Assembly: GCA_049969935.1 (NCBI GenBank)
Contig: JBMFNX010000001.1
Coordinates: forward strand, 77,270 to 141,269
From: Nitrososphaeria archaeon
GTDB lineage: Archaea > Thermoproteota > Nitrososphaeria > JACIWG01
Reading direction: 5' to 3'
Length of the DNA stretch: 64,000 nt
Below are positions 21,428 to 31,497 of this stretch, in pieces; position 1 is the first letter of the stretch, and every line of letters begins with the position of its first letter. The notes beneath the pieces were generated by a model. It was not told the origin of the DNA, did no database searches, and saw nothing but the letters and a program-made list of their open reading frames with translations. The position numbers were made by a program, and so were the translations under genes.

Positions 21428-22924
21428 TTGTCAGAAGAAGATATTGAAAAAATTGTATATGAATTTACTAAAGAGGGGTTACAAATAGAGCCAAAAGCTT
21501 TTAAAAAGTTAGTTGAAATTCTAACAGGACAAAAGAATATTAGTAAAAACGAGATAATAGAGAAAATAATAAAAAGAAAGAAAGCCGAATTAATAGAGTC
21601 AAATTTTATTACCTTAAATGATATTGAATTTATTTTACCAAAAAAAGAGGAACTAGAAGGAAAAATAGAATATGAGAATATAAAAACAGACATCAATGTG
21701 CTAAAAGACCCTGGAAATGAAGTTAAAATTCTTGAAGGAATAGAGGGATTTAAAAAATATTTTTTAAATCGTTACATCAAATTATTAAAAGTTGCTAATT
21801 CCAGACCTTCACCAAAAAGTCTTACAAAAATAGACAAAGTTACAGAAAATGAAAAAGATATAAGAGTAGCGGGATTAGTAAAAGAAAAAAGAGTAGCAAA
21901 AGATAAAGTAGTTTTAGAAATTGAAGATCCATCAGGAGTATTAAAAATAGTTGCCAAGCAAAATACACAAAATCATAATCCTTTGGAAGTTTTACCGGAC
22001 CAATTTGTAATAGCTGAAATTTCATCTATAAAGGAAGGTATAGCTTATGCTACAAAAATAGAATTCCCTGAAATACCAGATAGAACATTGCAAACAAGAG
22101 CACTTGAAGTTTATGCGCTCTTACTCTCAGATTTACATATAGGAAGTAAAAGTTTTCAAAGAGAAACTTTTGAACATTTATTACATTGGCTTCAGGGATA
22201 TCATGGAGATAAAGAAATTATTAAAAAATTAAAGTATATCATAATCGCAGGAGACCTAGTTGATGGTGTAGGCATTTATCCAAATCAAGAAAAAGAATTA
22301 GAAATAAATGACATAAGGAAACAATATATTTTAGCAGCACAGTATATTGAACAAATACCTAAGCACATACAAGTTATTATCATTCCCGGGAACCATGATG
22401 CAACCAGACAGGCTCTGCCACAACCATCTATTTCAAAAAAATATTGCGAAGAATTGTATAGGATGGATAATGTACTAATGTATGGTGATCCACTTGAAAT
22501 AAAATTACATGGAGTAAATTTCTTAGTATATCACGGCCGTAGTTTAGACGATGTTTTTGCGTTTTCGCCATCTTCAGAAACCAATAGACCGGAGAACGCT
22601 ATGAGACTATTATTAAGAGCAAGACATTTAGCGCCAGTCTTTGGAGCAAGAACAATTATAGCACCAGCGGAGGAGGACACTTTGGTTATAGATACGCCAC
22701 CAGACATATTTCATGCTGGACATGTACATGTTTTTGGTTATACAAAATATAGAAGCACATTAATAGTAAATTCAGGAACATTCCAGAATCAAACGATGCA
22801 TCAGAAATCCATTGGAATAAATCCAACTCCAGGTATAGCAGCGATAGTCAACTTAAGCACACTAGAAATTATAGAAAAAAACTTTAATGAAATAACTATT
22901 CAGCATAATCTTCCACATATTTAA
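21428..22924 (+). CDS. polB: DNA polymerase II (PolD) small subunit DP1, a calcineurin-like phosphoesterase/exonuclease
   Basis: The metallophosphoesterase motifs of DP1 are present: LHIGSKSF, IIIAGDLVDGVGIYP, IIIPGNHDATRQALPQ and FHAGHVHV. The product is 498 aa and the start is probably the TTG at 21428. Confidence 0.85.
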   Translation: MSEEDIEKIVYEFTKEGLQIEPKAFKKLVEILTGQKNISKNEIIEKIIKRKKAELIESNFITLNDIEFILPKKEELEGKIEYENIKTDINVLKDPGNEVKILEGIEGFKKYFLNRYIKLLKVANSRPSPKSLTKIDKVTENEKDIRVAGLVKEKRVAKDKVVLEIEDPSGVLKIVAKQNTQNHNPLEVLPDQFVIAEISSIKEGIAYATKIEFPEIPDRTLQTRALEVYALLLSDLHIGSKSFQRETFEHLLHWLQGYHGDKEIIKKLKYIIIAGDLVDGVGIYPNQEKELEINDIRKQYILAAQYIEQIPKHIQVIIIPGNHDATRQALPQPSISKKYCEELYRMDNVLMYGDPLEIKLHGVNFLVYHGRSLDDVFAFSPSSETNRPENAMRLLLRARHLAPVFGARTIIAPAEEDTLVIDTPPDIFHAGHVHVFGYTKYRSTLIVNSGTFQNQTMHQKSIGINPTPGIAAIVNLSTLEIIEKNFNEITIQHNLPHI

Positions 22925-24116
22925 CCAAATCAAATAAGACAGGATCATTAGAAAAAACAGCTTTTACTGTAGTTAATGGAATTAAAAGTTTAGGCCTCTT
23001 ACTACGGCCTTGACGACCTAGACTAACAGTTTCTGCGGAAACAATTCCTAACATAGACAATTCATTTAATAAACCACTAACACGTCTAGTAGTTAACTCA
23101 GGAACACTCAATCTTTTACATAACTGGACATAATTATTATAAACTGCTCCAGTCGACACATTGTCCTTTAAACTGGCCACACTTAAAACAACAAGCTTAC
23201 TGTGCAGTGGCAAAGATTTAAGCGCATCTACAAGCCTATCTTGATCGATTTTTAATAATGCTTCACGAATTTGTTCTTCATCAACAACATTAAGATTCTT
23301 TCGTTCTGCTATTTCACCAGCAACCCGGACAAGGTCAACGGCCCTCCTGGCATCACCATGTTCTGCCGCAGCAAGTGCAGCCGCCAAATTTAATGCTGCT
23401 TCTGTAAATACATTAGGTTGAAAACCAAGTCTTATTCTATCAGCTAAAATCACTTTTAATTCTTCGGCAGTGTAAGGCGGAAATACAAGTTCTTCTTCAC
23501 TTAAGCTACTTAAAACTCTTGGATCTAAATATTCTTTAAATGTTAAATCATTTGATATACCTATAAGGGAAATAAAGACACCTGATAGTTTTTCGTTTGC
23601 ACGTGTAAGTTCATATAATATATCGTCACCATGACTTTTAACTAAAAAATCTATTTCATCTAAAATTATAAGGCCGGAAAAATGTTCACTGTTAAGAGTT
23701 TTAAAAATTCTATCAAAAATTTCACTTAAAGCAAGGCCTGTATGAGGAACTGGAATATTAAAATCACGAGCTATTTCATAAAGAACCCTATATTCAGTAC
23801 CTGCCATTCGTGTATTTACATAAGCAAAGCGAACATTAATTGATTTTGAAGAAGCTATTTGGCTTAATTTTGAAAAAACGTATTTTGCAACAGCTGTTTT
23901 ACCTGTACCAGTTTTACCATAAAGAAATATATTAGATGGTCTTACACCATGCAGAACAGGAGAAATTGTTTCAGCTACAATTTTAATTTGTTCATCTCTA
24001 AAATATAATTTATCAGGAATATAATCAGATCTTAAAACATTCCTATTTTTAAAGATACTAGTTTTATTTAGAGCTCTTTTAAATATTTCATCAAGGGAAA
24101 AATCATCTGTGTTCAT
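22896..24116 (-). CDS. cdc6: Orc1/Cdc6 replication initiator, AAA+ with a winged-helix domain
   Basis: Walker A is GKTGTGKTAVAKYV and Walker B is LIILDEID, with a C-terminal wH region. The gene sits immediately beside ORB-like repeats. Confidence 0.9.
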   Translation of the reverse strand: MNTDDFSLDEIFKRALNKTSIFKNRNVLRSDYIPDKLYFRDEQIKIVAETISPVLHGVRPSNIFLYGKTGTGKTAVAKYVFSKLSQIASSKSINVRFAYVNTRMAGTEYRVLYEIARDFNIPVPHTGLALSEIFDRIFKTLNSEHFSGLIILDEIDFLVKSHGDDILYELTRANEKLSGVFISLIGISNDLTFKEYLDPRVLSSLSEEELVFPPYTAEELKVILADRIRLGFQPNVFTEAALNLAAALAAAEHGDARRAVDLVRVAGEIAERKNLNVVDEEQIREALLKIDQDRLVDALKSLPLHSKLVVLSVASLKDNVSTGAVYNNYVQLCKRLSVPELTTRRVSGLLNELSMLGIVSAETVSLGRQGRSKRPKLLIPLTTVKAVFSNDPVLFDLVKYVEDYAE

Positions 24117-24159
24117 ATACCAATATTTCTACTGGAATACTATATATTATTTTACTTAG

Positions 24160-24490
24160 GACACCCCGTTTTTTCCATTAGAAAAAATAATATTATGGTA
24201 AATTATATTCTTCTCTTAAAAGAAGAAAATCCCGTTATTTATTTTTATTTTTTCTATATTTTATACTATATCAATTTTTTTAAACTTAATTGTAATTTTT
24301 CATTTACCTAATTATATGTGTTTCTTTAAAATATTTTTCTAATGGAAAAAATGGGGTGGTGGTTGTTAATTTTAATTTTTATTTTAAAATTTATTAGGCG
24401 GTTACCCCTTTATTTCCACTGGACTGTTTTTCAAAAAATTAACAGTTAATCAACTAGAAGAAGACCCCTTTATTTCCACTGGACCATTTT
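24160..24490. promoter_or_regulatory. putative chromosomal replication origin (oriC) with ORB/mini-ORB elements flanking an AT-rich unwinding element
   Basis: ORB-like CCCCGTTTTTTCCATTAGAAAA lies at about 24164-24187, and its inverted copy TTTTCTAATGGAAAAAATGGGG lies at about 24335-24356. They flank a 147-bp stretch of nearly pure A+T. Two direct copies of CCCCTTTATTTCCACTGGAC lie at 24405-24424 and 24465-24484. Their complement GTCCAGTGGAAATAAAGGGG matches the archaeal ORB core TCCAGTGGAAA plus a G-string. Confidence 0.7.
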
Positions 24491-24639
24491 TACGCATATT
24501 TTTAGACCATTTTTTCCTGTGTACTGTTAACTTTTTGTTAAATCTGTTAACTTTAATTGTTGTAAATTTTCTTTTACCAACTAGTTAACTTGTTAACAGT
24601 TTATCCATTTATCACTATTATTATTTTATCCGATTACAA

Positions 24640-25041
24640 ATGTCCTCCGGAGGAAAAAGGAAAATAAAAATTGAATTTGAAGATTATGGTGGAAGGAAAA
24701 TAAAAATTGAAATAAATGGTTTTTCGTCAGGTGAAGAAATAAAGAGACTATATGATTTTCTTTCTAATAATACAGATGTTACCCCTACAAGTTATGAAAC
24801 AGAACATAAAGATACTAAATTCCAAAGATTTTATGATATACTACTCAAACATTTCTCTGTGGGTGTATTTACATCATCTGATGCGCTTCTTGTCGCTCAA
24901 GAAGAGTTGGGCACTGATCTGAGCCAAGCCCTTGTTTCCACATATCTTATGAGATTAGTTGATAGAGGTTTATTGACCAGGAAATGGAGTTCTTCTGGAT
25001 GGATATATTCAATTATAAAATCTCCTATGATTCAAAGATAA
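24640..25041 (+). CDS. hypothetical protein with a C-terminal winged-helix DNA-binding-like region and duplicated GGRKIKIE N-terminal repeats
   Basis: This is a 133-aa ORF. The wHTH call rests on TYLMRLVDRGLLTRK. It lies directly beside the origin region. Confidence 0.35.
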   Translation: MSSGGKRKIKIEFEDYGGRKIKIEINGFSSGEEIKRLYDFLSNNTDVTPTSYETEHKDTKFQRFYDILLKHFSVGVFTSSDALLVAQEELGTDLSQALVSTYLMRLVDRGLLTRKWSSSGWIYSIIKSPMIQR

Positions 25042-25555
25042 TTTTTTTGCCTTGTTCACTTAACGAATACACGAAGAATTTTCCCTGGCTTTCTCTTTTT
25101 AATAAATTTTTTGTATATAAATTTTTTAGTAATCTTGCTGTATGTTCTCTAGACTTATTTATGGTTACTTGAACTTCTTTTGAACTTTTTGGTCCAGTTG
25201 AAATGAATTTAAGAATATTTAGTTCTATATCGCTTAAATTCAAATTTGCGTTTACTTTTTTTTCTGTATCACTTTCTATTTTTTCTTGTATTGAACTTAC
25301 TTTTGCTTCCTCTTTTTTTGTAGATGGTTTTTCTATCCTATTTTCTATTAAATCAACCTTTACCATAATTTCCGAAATTTTTTTGTTTTGTTCATCTATT
25401 CTATGCTTAAATTCGGTGAGTATTGCTTTTAAAAGGGAATATTCTTCTTTTGATACGTTTTCACTTTTTCTGCTAGAATAGAAAATTAGATGATAAGATA
25501 TTAAAATCATGAAAATTAGTGATGCAACAATCACAAAATCTATGATATCCATCAT
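25025..25555 (-). CDS. membrane-anchored protein with a coiled coil and a C-terminal MarR-like winged helix
   Basis: The product has an N-terminal transmembrane helix (IIDFVIVASLIFMILISYHLIF) and a C-terminal ILKFISTGPKSSKEVQVTINKSREHTARLLKNL. Confidence 0.35.
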   Translation of the reverse strand: MMDIIDFVIVASLIFMILISYHLIFYSSRKSENVSKEEYSLLKAILTEFKHRIDEQNKKISEIMVKVDLIENRIEKPSTKKEEAKVSSIQEKIESDTEKKVNANLNLSDIELNILKFISTGPKSSKEVQVTINKSREHTARLLKNLYTKNLLKRESQGKFFVYSLSEQGKKIIFES

Positions 25556-25590
25556 GCAACATTATATCACAGTGCTATGTTTAAATACTT

Positions 25591-26001
25591 TTATATGCTT
25601 ATTAATTGATCAAAAATACTTTCTAAAGTTTTAACAACATCATTTACCTGTTCTTTTGTTAATGTTCTACCTTTAACATTATTTATGATATTTGTTACCT
25701 TTTCAAGTGCAATAAAACTATCTTTCGCGATAATGTCTAAGTAGTAAGCCAGAATTAAAGTATAGAATGACTTTTTAATATTATTAACTCCTCTATCCTT
25801 TGTAATCGAATAAGCTGATTTTGAGATTTTTCCTTTATCAGTTTGAATAAGAATATCTTTCATTTTTCCTGTTAATTTTTTCCGTACAATAATGTAATCT
25901 AATTGTTTTTTTGTTATATTTCCATTATCAATTAATCGCTCCAACAGTTTGTCTTCTTTAATTATTTCTTTTAGCATCTGTTTTACGTTAACGTAAAACA
26001 T
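25591..26001 (-). CDS. hypothetical protein
   Basis: This is a 136-aa ORF of coding-like composition with no recognised motif. Confidence 0.3.
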   Translation of the reverse strand: MFYVNVKQMLKEIIKEDKLLERLIDNGNITKKQLDYIIVRKKLTGKMKDILIQTDKGKISKSAYSITKDRGVNNIKKSFYTLILAYYLDIIAKDSFIALEKVTNIINNVKGRTLTKEQVNDVVKTLESIFDQLISI

Positions 26002-26207
26002 TTAAAAGTTTTTCTTTTATTTTCTTCCTAATTAGTACTTCTCAAAATTTTTAAAAATTAATTTTTTTAATAAATATTTTTATTTTATTAATTTTATTAG
26101 TTATTTTTTACTTTTTATAATTAAACTATTAATAAATGTTATTAATTTATTTCAAGGCATGGAATAACTATATAAATACGTCCAAAGTTTATGTTTTGTT
26201 GATGTAA

Positions 26208-26447
26208 ATGGGGCGTAGAAAAAGAAGAGTGATAAAGGTATTCAAGAGAAAGTTACCAAAGATTTTGGCCTGTCCTAGATGCGGTAATATTTCACTAATA
26301 GTTGAGAGAGTGACAGACGACTTAGTTAATATAAAATGTGGAACATGCCATCTTTTATACTCTTATCCTGCCTCTAAAGAAAAAGAGTATATAGATACCT
26401 ATAATGAATTCATTGATAAAATTAATAGGGGGGAAATAAAAATTTAA
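26208..26447 (+). CDS. Elf1-like zinc-ribbon protein (transcription elongation factor 1 homologue)
   Basis: A basic N-terminus (MGRRKRRVIKVFKRK) is followed by CPRCG...CGTCH, a four-Cys ribbon. The 79-aa size fits the Elf1 family. Confidence 0.5.
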   Translation: MGRRKRRVIKVFKRKLPKILACPRCGNISLIVERVTDDLVNIKCGTCHLLYSYPASKEKEYIDTYNEFIDKINRGEIKI

Positions 26448-26470
26448 TAAAAATGATGAGATGATCACTG

Positions 26471-29400
26471 TTGCAAAGTGCTGTTGCATCACACATGCAA
26501 CAATATTTTTCCCTACTTAAAGAACGCGTATCCTTAAATTCAAAATATGAAAAATACTATTCCTATATTACAGATTATATTTCTAGAGCAGTAGAAATTG
26601 CAAGTATAGCTAGAAGTAAAGGTTTAGATCCCTCTCCTTACATTGAAACAAAAATTGTTTTTGATCTGGCGTCTAGGGTTGAAGAATTGATAGGTCTTAA
26701 AGGTATTTCAAAAAGATTAAGGACTTTATTAAAATATAGTAAAAAGGAGGCAGCAGCTTTAACTTTAGCAGTTGATGTTGCATCAGGTTTATTTGGTTCT
26801 TTATCACGTGAAGAAGCATTAGATAAAGGAATTAGAGCAGGATTAGCCGTTGTCACAGATGGTGTCACAGTTGCACCGTTGCAAGGTATATCAAAAATTG
26901 CAATAAAGAAAAATAAAGATGGTTCACAATATGCTAGCATATACTTTGCAGGGCCTATACGCTCTGCTGGCGGTACAGATGCTGCTTTTACATTAGTTAT
27001 AGCTAACGAAGTTAGGAAGGTTCTTGGTCTTGATCGTTATCATGTAAATGACTTTGATGATGAAATAGGCCGATTTATTGAAGAATTAAGAATTTATGAG
27101 CGTGAAGTTGGAAATTTTCAGTTTAAAGTAACAGATGAAGATATAAAAACGGCATTAATGTATATTCCTGTGGAAATTAATGGAGTTGAAACAAACCCTG
27201 TCGAAGTTATAATACATAGGAATATGAAAAGAATTGAGACAAATCGTGTTAGAGGTGGCGCCTTACGAGTCTTGAATGATGGTCTTATAGGTCGTGCACG
27301 AAAACTAGAAAAGTTAGTTAAAGAACTTTCTTTAACAGATTGGAATTGGCTTTCTCATTTAAAAGGTGGGTTACAGGAAGCTGCTACGCTTTCTCATTTT
27401 GGCGATGTAATAGCTGGACGCCCTATACTTTCTTATCCTGGGTCAGAAGGTGGGTTTAGATTAAGATATGGTCGATGTTTTAATACAGGATTAGCAACAG
27501 TTGGGATAAATCCTCTAACTTCTGTAGTATTAGATTATGCACTTGTTACAGGAACACAAATAAAAATAGATAAACCTGGTAAAAGTGCTACAGTTGCTTT
27601 TGTGGATTCAATAGAGGGCCCAATTGTTAAATTAAAAAATGGGTCTGTTGTGAAGGTTGAAGATTTAAAAACAGCAGAGATGATAAAAAATGAGATCGAG
27701 ACTATTCTTTTTCTTGGCGACATTCTCATATCTTTTGGAGATTATGTAGAAAATAATGCAGTTCTTGATAAGACTGCCTATGTTGAGGAGCTATGGTTGC
27801 ATGATTTTATTGATGCATGCAATAAATCATTTGGTAACATCACTGTTGCATCACAATCATTAGATATTCCTTTAGAAAATATTCTTAAATGGATGAGTAA
27901 TCCAAATAAGTATTATCCTGATTTTGATATAGCGTATAAGCTATCAAAAACTTTGAATATTCCACTACATCCACATTACTTATATTTTTGGGACTTACTA
28001 CAAATTAATGAAGTTATTCTTCTTAGAAATGCTTTAATGAATGGAATAAGAAAAGATGATAGATTAATTATACCATATGATAATAACGTTAAGCAAATTT
28101 TAGAAAAATTATGTGTTCCTCATGATGTTGAAAATAATTCTATAATTTTTGAGCCCCATGTTTCTAAGATTCTCGGAATTTGTTTAGGATTATACAGAGA
28201 AGCGGTCTTTCTTTCAAAATATGAAAGTGTACTAGATTTAATATCTTTCCTAAGTGGTATTCCAATTAAAAATAAGTCATCTGCATTTATAGGTGTACGA
28301 GTTGGAAGGCCTGAAAAGGCTGAGGAGAGGAGGATGAAACCTCCTGTGCATCTTCTTTTTCCTGTAGGTTCATTTGGTGGTTCTTCACGTGATTTAATAA
28401 AGGCCTCTGAAAAAGTTATATGTGTTCCTATTATAAATAGATATTGTCCAAAATGTTCGACTAATTCATTTTCTTCATTATGTAAAAATTGTAATTCTCC
28501 AACTGTCATTGTATATACTTGCCCTTCTTGTGGTAATATGTCTGATGTGGATAAGATATGTCCCCGATGCAAAATACAGATGCAACCCTATTCACAGAAG
28601 GTTATCGATTTAAAGAAGGAATTATCATTTGCATCTAGTAAAGTGGATTATAAGCCTGTATCACCATTAAAGGGTGTTAAAGGCTTAATGAATGAGTTAA
28701 AACAACCTGAACCAATTGAAAAAGGTCTCCTGAGACAAAAGTATAATTTGCAAATTTATCGTGATGGAACTATAAGATTTGATGCTACTAATATGCCTCT
28801 CACGGCATTTTTGCCGAATATTTTAATTACAAATTTTAACAAATTAGTTGAATTAGGTTATGAATTAGATGCAATTTCATCTGGAAAACCGGTCCCAATA
28901 TATGTTCAAGATGTGATTTTACCCAAAAATGCGGCTAAACATTTATTGAATGTCTCAAAATTCATAGACGAGTTATTAGAAAAATTTTATAACATTCCCT
29001 CATTCTATAATGCAAAAGATGAAAAAGATCTAATAGGCCATTTAATAGTGGGTATTGCCCCCCATACCTCAGTAGCAGTAATAGGAAGAATTATAGGATT
29101 TTCAAATTCCCAAGTTTGCTTAGCTCACCCCTTCTGGCATTCAGCAAAAAGAAGAGATTGTGACGGTGATGCAGACTCTATAACTTTACTACTTGATATA
29201 TTATTAAATTTCTCATTACAATATGTACCTTCACAGATTGGTGGCCTAATGGATACTCCTCTACTCTTGCAACCATATATTATACCTTCTGAGGTTGAAG
29301 ATCAATCCCTTTCTATAGATAGTTGCGAACGTTATCCAAAAGATTTTTACGAAAAAACCTATAAATCCGTATCCGCTCGTGATGTCTTAACCATACCATT

Positions 29401-29911
29401 AATAAAAAATTTACTCTCCAAAAAGGAAGAATTTCCAGATCTAAAACATAACTATGATACTACAGTTTTATTTTTAAACAAAGAAAGAAATTCACTTGCA
29501 ACTGCTCCATCATTTTTAGAAAAAATTGAAAAACAGTTCAAATATGAATTAATGATAAAAGCAGTTAGCTTTAATGAGGCTATAGTCGCAATTTTGACCA
29601 CACACCTTTTACCAGATATACTCGGTAACTTGAAGGCTTTTGGTTCCCAGAAGGTTAGGTGCAAAAAATGTGGAGAAAAATATCGTCGTATTCCTCTAAA
29701 AGGAGTTTGCGTAAAATGTGGGGGAGAACTACAACTTTCTGTTACTAAAAAGAGTGTTGGTAAATTTTTAGAATTAGCTGAACGTCTTGCGTCAAATGAA
29801 GGTGTTCCTTCTTATGTAAGGATGCGTGTAGAGTTGGCTAAAGAGGATTTTGAGAGTCTATTTGGTAAAGAGCAAAAACAAACTACTTTATCTGATTTTA
29901 TTTTATCCTAA
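26471..29911 (+). CDS. polC: DNA polymerase II (PolD) large subunit DP2
   Basis: The product aligns along its whole length with archaeal DP2. Blocks include YFAGPIRSAGGTDAAF, GGALRVLNDGL, GRPILSYPGSEGGFRLRYGR, IGVRVGRPEKAEERRMKPPVHLLFP, zinc fingers CPKCS...CKNC...CPSCG...CPRCK, AKRRDCDGDADS and the C-terminal CKKCGEKYRR...CVKCGG. No intein is present. The internal ATG at 26495 (MQQYF) is an alternative start. Confidence 0.9.
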   Translation: MQSAVASHMQQYFSLLKERVSLNSKYEKYYSYITDYISRAVEIASIARSKGLDPSPYIETKIVFDLASRVEELIGLKGISKRLRTLLKYSKKEAAALTLAVDVASGLFGSLSREEALDKGIRAGLAVVTDGVTVAPLQGISKIAIKKNKDGSQYASIYFAGPIRSAGGTDAAFTLVIANEVRKVLGLDRYHVNDFDDEIGRFIEELRIYEREVGNFQFKVTDEDIKTALMYIPVEINGVETNPVEVIIHRNMKRIETNRVRGGALRVLNDGLIGRARKLEKLVKELSLTDWNWLSHLKGGLQEAATLSHFGDVIAGRPILSYPGSEGGFRLRYGRCFNTGLATVGINPLTSVVLDYALVTGTQIKIDKPGKSATVAFVDSIEGPIVKLKNGSVVKVEDLKTAEMIKNEIETILFLGDILISFGDYVENNAVLDKTAYVEELWLHDFIDACNKSFGNITVASQSLDIPLENILKWMSNPNKYYPDFDIAYKLSKTLNIPLHPHYLYFWDLLQINEVILLRNALMNGIRKDDRLIIPYDNNVKQILEKLCVPHDVENNSIIFEPHVSKILGICLGLYREAVFLSKYESVLDLISFLSGIPIKNKSSAFIGVRVGRPEKAEERRMKPPVHLLFPVGSFGGSSRDLIKASEKVICVPIINRYCPKCSTNSFSSLCKNCNSPTVIVYTCPSCGNMSDVDKICPRCKIQMQPYSQKVIDLKKELSFASSKVDYKPVSPLKGVKGLMNELKQPEPIEKGLLRQKYNLQIYRDGTIRFDATNMPLTAFLPNILITNFNKLVELGYELDAISSGKPVPIYVQDVILPKNAAKHLLNVSKFIDELLEKFYNIPSFYNAKDEKDLIGHLIVGIAPHTSVAVIGRIIGFSNSQVCLAHPFWHSAKRRDCDGDADSITLLLDILLNFSLQYVPSQIGGLMDTPLLLQPYIIPSEVEDQSLSIDSCERYPKDFYEKTYKSVSARDVLTIPLIKNLLSKKEEFPDLKHNYDTTVLFLNKERNSLATAPSFLEKIEKQFKYELMIKAVSFNEAIVAILTTHLLPDILGNLKAFGSQKVRCKKCGEKYRRIPLKGVCVKCGGELQLSVTKKSVGKFLELAERLASNEGVPSYVRMRVELAKEDFESLFGKEQKQTTLSDFILS

Positions 29912-31214
29912 TATATTCATGTGCTCCTCTTGTACTTTCGAAACAGAAGTGAATTTTTTGATACTCTTTCCTAAACTCTATTACTTTTCTTTTAACTTCT
30001 TCTATGTCCTTGTTTTCTACTATTATATCTGCTATAAATCCAGCTATTTCTTTCATTTCATTTCCTTTCATTCCTAATCTTGTTACTTCTGAAACACCAA
30101 ATCTTAGGCCACCAGGGTTTTCAAAGTGTCTTCCTTCCTTGATATCCCAAGGAAGTAGGTTTCTATTACATATTATGTTTGCTTTTTCTAATTTCTTCTC
30201 TAGATCGCCTCCAAGGCCATATTTAGTAACATCAACAAGTACAATATGTGATTTTGTAAACCCATTTTTTTCTCCTAGAACTTTTAAACCTTTTTCAGCT
30301 AAAGCTTCTGCAAAAGCTTTCGAATTTTTGACAATTTGTAGTGCATATTCTTTTCCAAACTCCATCATTTCAATTAGCGCTATCGCTTTTGCTGCAACAG
30401 AATGAAGATGATGATTACTAACATTTCCAGGGAAAACTGCTTTCTTGATTTTTTCAGAAAATCTTTCATAAGAAAGAATCATTCCTCCTTGGGGGCCAAA
30501 TAGTGTCTTGTGTGTACTACATGTTATAGCGTCAGCTCCTTCCCTTAAGGGATCTTGGAATTGATTACCTGCAATTAATCCTATCACATGTGCTGCGTCA
30601 TAGCATACGAATGTTCCTTTTTCCCTAAAAAATGTTGCAAGTTCCTTCAATGGTTGTGGAAATAAAAGTACAGAGCCTCCAAACATTGCTAACTTAATCT
30701 TTATTCCATTTTTCTCTAACTCTTCTATTTTCTTTTTTGTTAAATCTACGTCAATATTCATTTCATTGTAGTCAAATGGAAAATATTCTATTTTTAATCC
30801 GTGAACTGCTCCTGCTGTCCCTCCTAGTTCCATTTTACCTGTACTTATATGCCCTCCACAAGGGATCGAAAGACACATCATATATTCACCTGGCAAAGTA
30901 AACGCAGTATATATCGCTAAATTTGCGCAAACACCTGAAATAGGTCTTACATCAACAAATTCGCAATTAAACAATTTTTTCGCAACATCTATAGCTAAGA
31001 GCTCAATTTGATCAATATATCTGCATCCTGCATAAACTCGTTCTCCAGGCCAACCCTCTGCATATCTATTTCCAAGGTCACTTGCTAGTGCCTCCCTTAC
31101 CGCTGGACTGGGAACGTTTTCACTTGCTATTAATGGTAAGCTTTCTGAAAACCAATTATGATGTTCATAAAGCAATCTAAATACTTCATCATATAATTTT
31201 CTATTCGTGTTCAT
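29898..31214 (-). CDS. glyA: serine hydroxymethyltransferase
   Basis: The PLP site is STHKTLFGPQGGMI. Other conserved SHMT blocks include LIASENV and RYYGGC-like AGCRYID. Confidence 0.9.
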   Translation of the reverse strand: MNTNRKLYDEVFRLLYEHHNWFSESLPLIASENVPSPAVREALASDLGNRYAEGWPGERVYAGCRYIDQIELLAIDVAKKLFNCEFVDVRPISGVCANLAIYTAFTLPGEYMMCLSIPCGGHISTGKMELGGTAGAVHGLKIEYFPFDYNEMNIDVDLTKKKIEELEKNGIKIKLAMFGGSVLLFPQPLKELATFFREKGTFVCYDAAHVIGLIAGNQFQDPLREGADAITCSTHKTLFGPQGGMILSYERFSEKIKKAVFPGNVSNHHLHSVAAKAIALIEMMEFGKEYALQIVKNSKAFAEALAEKGLKVLGEKNGFTKSHIVLVDVTKYGLGGDLEKKLEKANIICNRNLLPWDIKEGRHFENPGGLRFGVSEVTRLGMKGNEMKEIAGFIADIIVENKDIEEVKRKVIEFRKEYQKIHFCFESTRGAHEYIRIK

Positions 31215-31280
31215 ACAACTCTGTAATGGAAATATTATAATTAAAACTTTATCCTCCGTAAAAATTTTTAAATCAGAAAA

Positions 31281-31469
31281 ATGAATCTCCTAAGTATGAG
31301 TTCTAAGAAAAAAAAATCCTCTGCACCTATGCCCGCCTCAAGTGCGGGTCTACTAAGATTCTTTGAGGATGAGACACCTGGAATAAAGATTAAGCCCGCA
31401 TATGTAATTGCATTAGCTATATCCCTCGTTATCTTCTCAATAATGCTCTTAATACTCGTTCCCCCATAA
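31281..31469 (+). CDS. secG: preprotein translocase subunit Sec61beta/SecG (archaeal)
   Basis: The product reads MSSKKKKSSAPMPASSAGLLRFFEDETPGIKIKP followed by a single C-terminal transmembrane helix, the conserved archaeal Sec61beta pattern. Confidence 0.6.
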   Translation: MNLLSMSSKKKKSSAPMPASSAGLLRFFEDETPGIKIKPAYVIALAISLVIFSIMLLILVPP

Positions 31470-31497
31470 TATTTTAGAGCTCTATCTGGTGTAATTA

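Noticed and set aside
24400-24490. A possible CRISPR array, suggested by the repeated CCCCTTTATTTCCACTGGAC
   Set aside because: There are only two direct copies plus an inverted variant, with unequal spacing, and no cas genes. The sequence matches the archaeal ORB consensus and sits next to cdc6, so it was called origin repeats instead.
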